Part shown: piece by piece, positions 30,391 through 38,633 of the stretch | How the letters are laid out: every line of letters starts with the position of its first letter | How positions within the stretch are numbered: the stretch's first letter is position 1 | NCBI GenBank assembly: GCA_963713825.1 | Contig: CAVQNG010000025.1 | Location: 864,001-928,000, forward strand | Reading direction: 5' to 3' | From: an uncultured Acidobacteriota bacterium | GTDB lineage: Bacteria > Acidobacteriota > Thermoanaerobaculia > Multivoradales > JAHEKO01 | Length of the DNA: 64,000 bases | The notes under the pieces: model-generated | The model's input: the letters and a program-made list of their open reading frames with translations, nothing else | Told to the model about the DNA's origin: nothing | Databases searched by the model: none | Translations under genes and position numbers: made by a program

Positions 30391-30422
30391 CCTTCCGGGA
30401 GGTCGACGACCACCCCGGAAGG
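30391..30422 (-). terminator. GC-rich stem-loop downstream of the VPS10 gene
   Basis: CCTTCCGG..GGTC-GAC-GACC..CCGGAAGG inverted repeat about 15 nt after the stop at 30438; the U-tract is weak. Confidence 0.5.
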
Positions 30423-30437
30423 ACTTCTGCGGCATCT

Positions 30438-33400
30438 CTACTCCGGAATCAGTACCGCCGGAGCCGCTTTCTCTCTCACCAGTCGATTGAGCTCTGCAAT
30501 CTCTTCGCCAACGACGCCGTCCAGTTCCGCCAGATAGCCGTCCAGCTCGCCTCGCAGGTCGCGATAGAGCTCGATGGCCCCGTCGGTCGGTGCTGCGTCG
30601 GCACTTTGCACGCCGCTCATGACATCCAGGATCTTGTTGTCGAGACGAGGTGGGTAGTTGAGAGTGTCCTGAGAGGATTCGTTCTTGGTCTGATAGATCT
30701 TCTCTTCGATGCTGGTGAGCTGCTCGCCGATCGTTTCTGAGATCTCGGCGATGCCGTCTCCATAGCCAGCCTTCTCCAACCGCTCGGCCAGCACCTCGAC
30801 CTGGGAACGCATGTCGCGGATCTTGCCGAGCGCCTGATGGCTGGCGCTCAGAGTCTCCCAGATTTCGGTCGCCAGCTCGTACTGGGCAACCAGGTCCGCC
30901 TGGCTGACGTCGATCCGGGGATCCTTGACCAATTGGATGTCCACCGTCTGGCTCCAGTCGCCGAGAGTCAGACGAGCCTGGTAGCTACCTGGCGGGACGA
31001 TCGGGCCACTGGCCATCCCCCAGAGGACGGCGTCTTCGACGAGCTCCGCATCGTGCCGGCGCAGGTTCCACACATACCGGTTGAGACCCGTCTCGGCTGT
31101 CAGCTTGCGACTGCCGGCCGCCTCCGGAAAGAAGCGCCGCCATGGGCTCGGCGCCTGGGGCTCGTCCTTCTCACTGGAGAGGGTCCGCAAGACAGATCCT
31201 TTCGCGTCCAGAATCTCGAGCTGAAGCTCGTCCTCGATCTCCGCGCCCAGCAGGTAGTAGAGGATGACTCCAGTCGGGGGGTTCGAGCCCGAACCACCGC
31301 TGCCGAAGCCACCGCCACCGCCGAATCGATAGGTCGTCCGTGGTTGAAACAGGTGGGCCTCTGCATCAGCCATTTCCGGGGTCATGCTGTGCAGCGGGGT
31401 CAGGTCGTCGAGGATCCAGAAGGAGCGACCCTGTGTCGCTACGACCAGGTCCCGGCCTGTGATGGCCATGTCGGTAATCGGTGTGATGGGCAGATTCTGT
31501 TGGAAGGGTTCCCAAGTCTGGCCATCGTCGAACGAGGAATAGAGGCCGAACTCCGTGCCTGCGAACAGGAGTCCTTTTCTGTCCGGGTCCTCGCGAATCA
31601 CTCGAACGAAGTGATCGGCGGGGATCCCATTCGTGCCTGTGGTAATCAAAGACCAGCTGTCACCATAGTCGTTGGTGCGAAAGACATACGGCGTGAAGTC
31701 GTCTGTCCGGTAGCGCGTTACCGCAAGGAAGGCGCGTCCGGGGTCGTGAGAGGAGAGCTCGATCATGTTGACCTGGCCCCAGTCCGGCATCCCGGCTGGC
31801 GTGATCTCGTTCCAGGTCTCGCCATTGTCACGAGACAGGTGCACCCTGCCGTCGTCGGTTCCCGCCCAGAGGAGTCCCTGTGTTTGCTTCGACTCCTCGA
31901 AGGCGAAGATCGTGTCGTAGACCTCGACGCCCGTGTTGTCCCACGTCAGGTCACCACCCGCGTAGCCCTGTTTTTCTGCATCGTTGCGAGTCAGATCGGG
32001 ACTGATCACCTCCCAGGACTGACCGTGATCGGTAGAGCGGTGCACGAACTGCGACGTGTGGTAGAGGACATCGGGATCATGCGGGGAGAGCCGGATGGGA
32101 GCGTTCCACTGAAAGCGGTAGCGCAGATCCTTGGCTGCCTGACCAACAGCGAGTTGAGGATAGGCATTGATCTCCCTCTCCTGGCCGGTGGCGTGGTCGT
32201 ATCGTCCTATGGAACCGCCGTAGCAGCCAGCGTAGGAGATATTGGGATCACGCGGATCGACCGCTACGTGGCCACTCTCGCAGCCACCGATGACATACCA
32301 GTCATGGCGAGCGATACCCGAGGACGAGGTACGGCTGGGCAGGGAGACGCACGAATTGTCCTGCTGGCAACCGTAGACGCGGTAGGGGAACTGGTTGTCC
32401 ACCGTGACGCGATACATCTCCGACGTAGGTTGGTTGCCCTGCGTCGACCAGGTCTGGCCACCGTTGAAGCTGACGTTGGCACCACCGTCATTGCCGTTGA
32501 TCAGGTTCATCGGATTGTCGGCGTTGATCCAGAGATCGTGATGGTCGCCGTGAGGGGCCCGGATGTAGGAAAACGTCTTGCCGTCGTCGGTCGATTTCCA
32601 GATGCCGGTATTCAGCACGTAGACCGTTTGCGAGCTCTGAGGATCCGCAAAGACATGCGTGTAGTACCAGGCCCGTTGCCTGAAATTCCTGTCAGGGTTG
32701 ATGAGGCGAAATTCATCGCCACCGTCATCGGATCGGAAAAGGCCGCCTTCGTCCGCTTCGACAAGGGCCCAGACCCGACTGGAATCAGCCGCTGAAACAC
32801 TGACTCCGATGCGTCCTTTGATTCCCTCTGGTAAGCCCTCGGTCAGCTCCTCCCAAGAGTTTCCACCGTCCTTGGTTCGGTAGAGGCCACTGAACTCTCC
32901 ACCGCTCAGCATGGTCCATGGCTTGCGCTCGGCCTCCCAGATGGCGGCAAACAGGACGCGCGGGTTCGAGGGATCCATCGTCAGGTCCACTGCTCCAGCT
33001 CGTTCGTTCACATACAGGACCTTGTCCCAAGTCGAGCCGCCGTCGAGGGAGCGGAACACGCCCCGTTCGTCGTTGGGCCCGAAAATGTGCCCCAGAGCTG
33101 CGACGTAGACGACATCGGGATCCTTCGGGTGCACGTGGATGCGGGCTATCTGTCCCGCTTCGACGAGACCGACGTGATCCCAGGTCTTGCCCGCATCGGT
33201 GGAGCGATACACGCCGTTACCCGGTGACACGTTCCCTCTTGGACAGGCGGAGCCGGTACCGACATAGACGACGTTCGGATCCGAAGGCGCTACAGCAACG
33301 GCGCCGACCGAACCCACCTCGAAGCTGTCGTCCGAGATGTTCTTCCACGAGGTCCCCGCGTCGGTGGTCTTCCAGACGCCTCCTCCAGTCGAGCCCATGT

Positions 33401-33635
33401 AGTAGGTCAGGGAGTCGCCTGGGACTCCGGTGACAGCCGTAACACGGCCGCCTCGGAAGGGACCGATGTTGCGGAACTTCATGGCTTCGAGAAAAGCTTC
33501 TTCGGAGTCGTCTTGCGACTCGCTGTCGGCAGCCAGCACTGGCTGGCCGATGACCATGAGAGTTAGGCAGAAGAGCAGCCCTGCCACCAGGGCGACGAGA
33601 CTCGGGTTCCCCCCCAAGTGCTGTGAACGCATCAC
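30438..33635 (-). CDS. VPS10/BNR-repeat (sortilin-like) glycosyl hydrolase family protein
   Basis: FRNIGPFRGGRV, many SxDxGxTW Asp-box repeats, HGDHHDLWI, YRFQWNAP; signal peptide. Confidence 0.92.
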   Translation of the reverse strand: MMRSQHLGGNPSLVALVAGLLFCLTLMVIGQPVLAADSESQDDSEEAFLEAMKFRNIGPFRGGRVTAVTGVPGDSLTYYMGSTGGGVWKTTDAGTSWKNISDDSFEVGSVGAVAVAPSDPNVVYVGTGSACPRGNVSPGNGVYRSTDAGKTWDHVGLVEAGQIARIHVHPKDPDVVYVAALGHIFGPNDERGVFRSLDGGSTWDKVLYVNERAGAVDLTMDPSNPRVLFAAIWEAERKPWTMLSGGEFSGLYRTKDGGNSWEELTEGLPEGIKGRIGVSVSAADSSRVWALVEADEGGLFRSDDGGDEFRLINPDRNFRQRAWYYTHVFADPQSSQTVYVLNTGIWKSTDDGKTFSYIRAPHGDHHDLWINADNPMNLINGNDGGANVSFNGGQTWSTQGNQPTSEMYRVTVDNQFPYRVYGCQQDNSCVSLPSRTSSSGIARHDWYVIGGCESGHVAVDPRDPNISYAGCYGGSIGRYDHATGQEREINAYPQLAVGQAAKDLRYRFQWNAPIRLSPHDPDVLYHTSQFVHRSTDHGQSWEVISPDLTRNDAEKQGYAGGDLTWDNTGVEVYDTIFAFEESKQTQGLLWAGTDDGRVHLSRDNGETWNEITPAGMPDWGQVNMIELSSHDPGRAFLAVTRYRTDDFTPYVFRTNDYGDSWSLITTGTNGIPADHFVRVIREDPDRKGLLFAGTEFGLYSSFDDGQTWEPFQQNLPITPITDMAITGRDLVVATQGRSFWILDDLTPLHSMTPEMADAEAHLFQPRTTYRFGGGGGFGSGGSGSNPPTGVILYYLLGAEIEDELQLEILDAKGSVLRTLSSEKDEPQAPSPWRRFFPEAAGSRKLTAETGLNRYVWNLRRHDAELVEDAVLWGMASGPIVPPGSYQARLTLGDWSQTVDIQLVKDPRIDVSQADLVAQYELATEIWETLSASHQALGKIRDMRSQVEVLAERLEKAGYGDGIAEISETIGEQLTSIEEKIYQTKNESSQDTLNYPPRLDNKILDVMSGVQSADAAPTDGAIELYRDLRGELDGYLAELDGVVGEEIAELNRLVREKAAPAVLIPE

Positions 33636-33734
33636 GTTCCTCCGAAATTTGAGACCGACTTATGGGTTTGAGACTACCCTCCAACGACAGGCGAAAGCGA
33701 AGTATACCTCTGGTGTCGACGCCTTGATATCAGG

Positions 33735-34928
33735 TCAGGTGACCGCCATGACGACCGCGTCGGTAAGGTAGGGATTGTCGAATTTCACCAACTCACCCGC
33801 GGCTTTCCCCGGTATGGGAAGGAGCCTTGCGGCCAGTGGCTTCTGAAGCCTGTGCGCCAGGGCAGCGACGTCACCGACAATGGCCTCCAACGAGTGCGTG
33901 TCGATATCTCCGGGCAGCGGAACGACGTCGAGACCGGTGCCGCAGACGGCGGAGTAGAGCAGGAGATCGTTCAGGCAGAACCGCCCCTCGGCAGCGCGCT
34001 GCGCCAGCCGGATGTCTTCCAGGACTGGCAGCATCAACCCCGAATAGCCACACCTTGGTATCGAAGTCTCGGCGATAGCCCCGGTCACCGTCGCGCAGGC
34101 GCTCAAGGTCGAAGCGGAGCCAAACGGCAGCCCCGTCAGATTCTCGATCGCGAGGGCGATGCTGGCATCGAGGCCTGGAGCTGGGCTCAGGTCGATACCC
34201 AGAAATTTCCTGCAATGCTGGTCAGCGATTGCAGTGGCGATGGCTGCAATCGGCTTCACACGCTCATCGAGGATTTGCCGCAGACGGGATCTTGCCGTCG
34301 GCAGATCCGAGGCTCCATCGAAGGCGAGCTCGACCAGCCGGGCTGATTCGAGGCCGATACTGAAGGCCGGCTCACCGGCATGCAGAGCGACGGGGAAGTA
34401 GGGTGTGCCCGGTGGGATGTGCGCTGCGGCGGCGAACCGGAAGTTCGATCCACCTCCCGCTGTCGCGGCGGCCAGCGCCAGCATGATTCGAGCCGCGACT
34501 CGCTGTGCCCGGGCATCGATTCCACCCTCGGGCGACGCCACCGAGATGCTGAAGCTCAGGTTCGACGTGGCTTGGATGAGCGCCGCCGCCCAATTCGCGA
34601 TGGCCTCGGCCGAGCCCCCCTGGTGTTCGATCGGTCCGATAGAGAGGAGAGCATCGATCTCCGAGACCAGGGAGTCCATTCGCTCCAGGACCGGCAGAGC
34701 GAGAGACAGGAATTTGGCGTCAGCCGAGCGGACCAGGGATTGAGTTGCGAGTCGCACTGTCTGCACTTCGAGTCCGGCCTGCAGAAACTCGCTTCGAGCG
34801 GAGTCGAGGAAGACGAGGTCTTCCTCCAGGATTCCTGTCTCGGGTAGCCCTGGGATCTCTCGACCTGCCGTGATGGTGCGGACCCTCAGCGGAGGGGCGG
34901 TATTCGGGTCGATGGTCTCTGGTGCCAT
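33735..34928 (-). CDS. DUF711 family protein
   Basis: VRTIT, VQTVRLAT, NFRFAA, GIDLSPAP, GYSGLMLPVLED, VCGTGLDVVPLPG, KPLAARL. Confidence 0.85.
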   Translation of the reverse strand: MAPETIDPNTAPPLRVRTITAGREIPGLPETGILEEDLVFLDSARSEFLQAGLEVQTVRLATQSLVRSADAKFLSLALPVLERMDSLVSEIDALLSIGPIEHQGGSAEAIANWAAALIQATSNLSFSISVASPEGGIDARAQRVAARIMLALAAATAGGGSNFRFAAAAHIPPGTPYFPVALHAGEPAFSIGLESARLVELAFDGASDLPTARSRLRQILDERVKPIAAIATAIADQHCRKFLGIDLSPAPGLDASIALAIENLTGLPFGSASTLSACATVTGAIAETSIPRCGYSGLMLPVLEDIRLAQRAAEGRFCLNDLLLYSAVCGTGLDVVPLPGDIDTHSLEAIVGDVAALAHRLQKPLAARLLPIPGKAAGELVKFDNPYLTDAVVMAVT

Positions 34929-34967
34929 GAGTCGTCTGGCCGGGATCGGTGCGACAACCGCGGGTCA

Positions 34968-35690
34968 CTAAGGGTCCGTCTTGTAGGCGGACCAATCGCC
35001 TGAAGCAGGCCGTCCTGCCGACAGGTCGAAGGCGAACCACCTGCCTCGGATCTCGCCCTTGACGGTGTCGAGCACGCCTTTCACTGTCGCCACCGCGCCC
35101 TTGCTCGTGTCGATCATCTCGAGTTGTAGCTTGTCGCCTACCAGGGTGCCCCGCATGGCACCCTGGTTGCCATTGCTCATTCGGTAGGTGCCGGTTACCA
35201 GGAGGTTTTCGGCTTCCAGCTCGAAGACCCCATACAGATCGATTGGCTGCGCCTCGACCCGCCAAACTCCGGCGATGCCACCGCTGCGTTCTTGTCGGCG
35301 TTCTGCCGTCACCTCGTACTCCTGGACGATGCTGGAGAGTCGGCGCATGCGCTCGTACATTCGCTGACGGGCTGCAGCGCTTTCTTTGGCGCGAGCACAG
35401 GCCGCCTCGATTGCCACTCCCACTTCTTCCTCCAAGAGCCCGAAGTTCGACAGCGAGGCGTTGGGGTCCTCGATCAGCTCGTCGAGCTCGGCATTGAGCC
35501 GCTGCAGATCGGCTACCGCTCGATTCTCGCGGGCTCGAGCACGACCATACGCCGCGACCTCCTCGTCGAGCAGGCCGGCCTCGACGGAGAAGGCACTTTG
35601 GAGGCTGGCCGCGGTCTCAGCCGGTGCAGCAAGAGTCGGAAATACAACCAAGAGAACGGAACACAAAAGCAGCATCTTGAAGCTTCGCAT
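34968..35690 (-). CDS. Secreted hypothetical protein (coiled coil plus small beta domain)
   Basis: Signal peptide, helical N-half, IAGVW-initiated beta-rich C-half. Confidence 0.72.
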   Translation of the reverse strand: MRSFKMLLLCSVLLVVFPTLAAPAETAASLQSAFSVEAGLLDEEVAAYGRARARENRAVADLQRLNAELDELIEDPNASLSNFGLLEEEVGVAIEAACARAKESAAARQRMYERMRRLSSIVQEYEVTAERRQERSGGIAGVWRVEAQPIDLYGVFELEAENLLVTGTYRMSNGNQGAMRGTLVGDKLQLEMIDTSKGAVATVKGVLDTVKGEIRGRWFAFDLSAGRPASGDWSAYKTDP

Positions 35691-35868
35691 CTCTCTATCC
35701 TAGCTTGAATTTCGGTCGGCTTCGCACCGGGTTTCGAAGGTGTTCCGAGCCCTATCTGTAACGAACCGGGAGCTCGTTGGACGAATTATCACCGCTCGTC
35801 GATGGGCGGCGGAGTCCGGACTCCAGGAAGCAGCCGATCACGATCACATTCACACGAGGAGACCAGAC

Positions 35869-36678
35869 ATGAAGCGAAAGAAGTGCTTCCTCGGAGGCAC
35901 CCTACTCCTGTTCGTAGCAGCTCTGCCTACGGTCGCGGCAGCCGGCACGGAGACCTTGACAATCTTGAACAAAGCGATCAGTCCCGAGAATCGGACCCTC
36001 TCCTTCGATCTCTGGAACACCACTGACCATGTGATCACAGCCTGGCGCCTCAGCTTGGCCCACGACGATGGCTTCGGAAAGAGCCGGCGCTCGATCCTGG
36101 ATCAGGACTTTGCCCTGAGTGCATCGAGGGCAGGAAACGTGGAGCCAGCCATTCGGGGCGCCAGGATCGAGGGACCGATCCAGCCCGGCGAGGTGGTTGC
36201 CTCGGAATGGGGCATCGAGCTGCCTACAGGAGGACACGAAGCTGCGGCCCTTGGTCTGCGAGTGGCGGCAGTGGTGTTCGAAGATGGGAGCTTCGCTGGT
36301 GATCCAGACGGTTCGAGGGCGATTCTCGCGGCACGATCGGCGCGTCTCGAGGAGATGCGGCAGGCCCTCGACTTCCTGCGGGAGACAGGTGCGGCAGGCT
36401 TGCGAGGCGGCCTGGCCAAGCGGAGATTTGCGGCCAAGGCCCAGGAGCTCCGAGAGGAGAGCAGGGGTTCCGAGATGGCAGATGGACTTCGCAGGGAGGT
36501 CGCTGCTCAGATGTCGGCTGCCAAGTTGGAGGTGGCCGAGCTCCTCGAATCTCTCCAGGATTCGATCGGGGTCGAGGTCTGGACAGGAGACGATGGGCCT
36601 GTCGATACTGCTATTCGGGACCTGCAGGCACAAATCGACGCTGGTGAGAGCCGTGAGGCTCGAAAGGAGGCGCAATGA
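35869..36678 (+). CDS. Secreted hypothetical protein, translationally coupled to the downstream Cys-rich SPM protein
   Basis: GAGGAG RBS, signal peptide MKRKKCFLGGTLLLFVAALPTVAA, AVVFEDGSFAGD motif, ATGA overlap with the next gene. Confidence 0.75.
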   Translation: MKRKKCFLGGTLLLFVAALPTVAAAGTETLTILNKAISPENRTLSFDLWNTTDHVITAWRLSLAHDDGFGKSRRSILDQDFALSASRAGNVEPAIRGARIEGPIQPGEVVASEWGIELPTGGHEAAALGLRVAAVVFEDGSFAGDPDGSRAILAARSARLEEMRQALDFLRETGAAGLRGGLAKRRFAAKAQELREESRGSEMADGLRREVAAQMSAAKLEVAELLESLQDSIGVEVWTGDDGPVDTAIRDLQAQIDAGESREARKEAQ

Positions 36679-37673
36679 TGAGGCGTTCGCGAACTGGGCT
36701 GTTGTCGAGCCTTGCCGTTGGCTTCCTGTTGCTCGGCTCCATCGATGCTTCGCAGGCTCTCTGTAAGGGCTCCCTGAATGTGGTCGGTGGTGGCTCGGAA
36801 ATGTCTCGTCGGTGCCCTTCACCGAATCTGAGGAAGACGTGGCGCATCGAATGTCAGGACGCCTGTGACTATGTGACGTCATCGTTTCAGCAAACGCTGA
36901 CGGGCTTCGGTGATTGTATGAAGGATCCGAAGTGCACCACCGGCATCAAATGCCTGCCGCTCGCGGGCAGCGACATTCGAGCTTACAATCCGCCCTCACT
37001 ATCCAGCAGTATCTTGAATCGTGCCGGTCGGTACACCCTACCGCCGTGCGTCTCTCCGGCCTGTTTCACCAGTAGCGTCAATACGATGACGGTCTACTGT
37101 GACTGTGATGGCGACCACCCAGGTTGGTGGTGTGCGGAGAACGATCCCCTGATCCTCAGTCTCGACGACTCCATCTACCGACTGACGGATCGCGATGGTG
37201 GTGTCGAGTTCGATTTGGGTGCCAAGGGTGTCGCCCATCAGGTTCCCTGGACCGCCAGGCTCTCGAACGAGGCGTTCTTGGTGCTGGATCGTGATGGCAA
37301 TGGCACGATCGATGATGGAACCGAGTTGTTCGGCGATGTGACTCCTCAGCACCAGACAGCCAACCCCAATGGATTCGAGGCTCTGGCCTTGTACGATGAC
37401 TCCTTGAGCGGTGGCAATGAGGATGGTCGGATCGATGCAGCGGATGAGATCTTCATCAGGCTCCAGCTTTGGATCGATCGGAATCACAACGGTCGATCCG
37501 AGTCGGCAGAACTGAGCTATCTCTCGGACTCGGAGGTCGTGTGGATCGGCCTCTCTTACAGGCAGAGTGATCGGGTGGATCGTTTTGGCAACGAGTTTCG
37601 CTATCGTGGTCGAGTAGGCCTGGCCAGCGGCCAAAAGCGGGCGATCTGGAACGTGTTCTTGAACGCCGAGTGA
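36675..37673 (+). CDS. Secreted Cys-rich protein fused to a FrpC-type Ca-dependent self-processing module (SPM)
   Basis: Signal peptide and a 12-Cys domain, then DPLILSLD...FD...W...FLVLDRDGNGTIDDGTELFGD...NGFEAL...DGRIDAAD...LQLWIDRNHNGRS...EL, which is the SPM pattern. Confidence 0.8.
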   Translation: MMRRSRTGLLSSLAVGFLLLGSIDASQALCKGSLNVVGGGSEMSRRCPSPNLRKTWRIECQDACDYVTSSFQQTLTGFGDCMKDPKCTTGIKCLPLAGSDIRAYNPPSLSSSILNRAGRYTLPPCVSPACFTSSVNTMTVYCDCDGDHPGWWCAENDPLILSLDDSIYRLTDRDGGVEFDLGAKGVAHQVPWTARLSNEAFLVLDRDGNGTIDDGTELFGDVTPQHQTANPNGFEALALYDDSLSGGNEDGRIDAADEIFIRLQLWIDRNHNGRSESAELSYLSDSEVVWIGLSYRQSDRVDRFGNEFRYRGRVGLASGQKRAIWNVFLNAE

Positions 37674-37706
37674 GCCAGACGCCCCGATCCGGAGGACTTC
37701 GAATGC

Positions 37707-37746
37707 ACCGGAGGCCGGTGGCCTGGAGCGGGCGCTGGCCTCCGGT
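37707..37746. terminator. GC-rich stem-loop after the SPM gene
   Basis: ACCGGAGGCC...GGCCTCCGGT perfect 10-bp inverted repeat with further internal pairing; no clear U-tract. Confidence 0.45.
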
Positions 37747-37767
37747 CCTTACACAGGAGGTAGAGAG

Positions 37768-38013
37768 ATGCTGGGGTTTTCCCTGACGAAGGTTGTGGAG
37801 GTTCTGGTCGTTGTGCTGGTGCCGATGGCGATGGTTTTTCTCGGGGATCGCAATACATCGCTGCCCAGTCGGCTGGCATTGGGCCTGGGCCTGGTGGGCG
37901 GGTTGCTTTTCTTGGTGTCCGTCCTCTCCAGTTCGGGTGTTGCAGAGGAGTACTTGGTGGCGGCGACGGTCGGTCTGGGCCTTGGCGGCTGGTCGCGGTC
38001 TACTTCACCCTGA
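37768..38013 (+). CDS. Small hydrophobic membrane protein (about 3 TM)
   Basis: AGGAGG upstream of the ATG; 81 aa, almost entirely hydrophobic; short convergent overlap with the next gene. Confidence 0.55.
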   Translation: MLGFSLTKVVEVLVVVLVPMAMVFLGDRNTSLPSRLALGLGLVGGLLFLVSVLSSSGVAEEYLVAATVGLGLGGWSRSTSP

Positions 38014-38563
38014 TGATGAAGTAGGTGCCGTGGTACTGCGGACGGCCGTCCCCTCCATGGTTGTGGTTGCCGTTGACGTTGATCTGCAGATCGTGCGTAT
38101 GCCGGAAGCCACGGTTGCCCGACGAGTCGAGATAGCGGGGTGAGCCTGACACCTGATTCACTCGATTGGTCGCGTTGCCGCGGTGATTGTGCTGGCCGCC
38201 CATGGTGATCTCGTTGGATCCACCCGTGCTGTTCAGCTCATCCGCGGAGGCCACGCCCATGACAAATCGGTTGTCCATGAGGTTGGGTAGCGCTTTGCCA
38301 TGAAACGGCGAATTGGCATCGCTGACGGTTCGACCGTCGCAGGGGAGCCACCCCTGAGGTAGCGAGTCGAGGCTGCCAACGTAGGGCAGAATGGCACCGA
38401 CCGGGACACCGATGAGGTTCGAGCCTCCGCCGCTGGAAGCCGGATCGGCAGGGGCCATGTCCCCACGGTCGGGCTGTGCAAGGAGTCCGAAAGCGCCAAG
38501 GGCGGATACTCCTGCAACAACCAAGATGAGCCAGAGCCGGTGCTGTCGGGATGAGGGTCTCAT
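38000..38563 (-). CDS. Phage tail collar domain protein with N-terminal signal/TM
   Basis: VPVGAILPYVG...PQGWLPCDG...LPNL..RFVMG, three HxH motifs, C-terminal FIIRVK; AAGGAG RBS before ATG 38563. Confidence 0.8.
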   Translation of the reverse strand: MRPSSRQHRLWLILVVAGVSALGAFGLLAQPDRGDMAPADPASSGGGSNLIGVPVGAILPYVGSLDSLPQGWLPCDGRTVSDANSPFHGKALPNLMDNRFVMGVASADELNSTGGSNEITMGGQHNHRGNATNRVNQVSGSPRYLDSSGNRGFRHTHDLQINVNGNHNHGGDGRPQYHGTYFIIRVK

Positions 38564-38633
38564 GCTGATCTCCTTGCCGCCGTTTGGCAAGCGGTCCGTT
38601 CAATCGTTCGGTTACTACCCGAGCCTAGCAGTT

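Noticed and set aside
30837-32795. 652 aa + strand ORF
   Set aside because: Antisense shadow of the VPS10 gene.
35740-38590. Prophage or mobile island suggested by the tail-collar gene
   Set aside because: No integrase, terminase, capsid, transposase or att-like repeats were seen.
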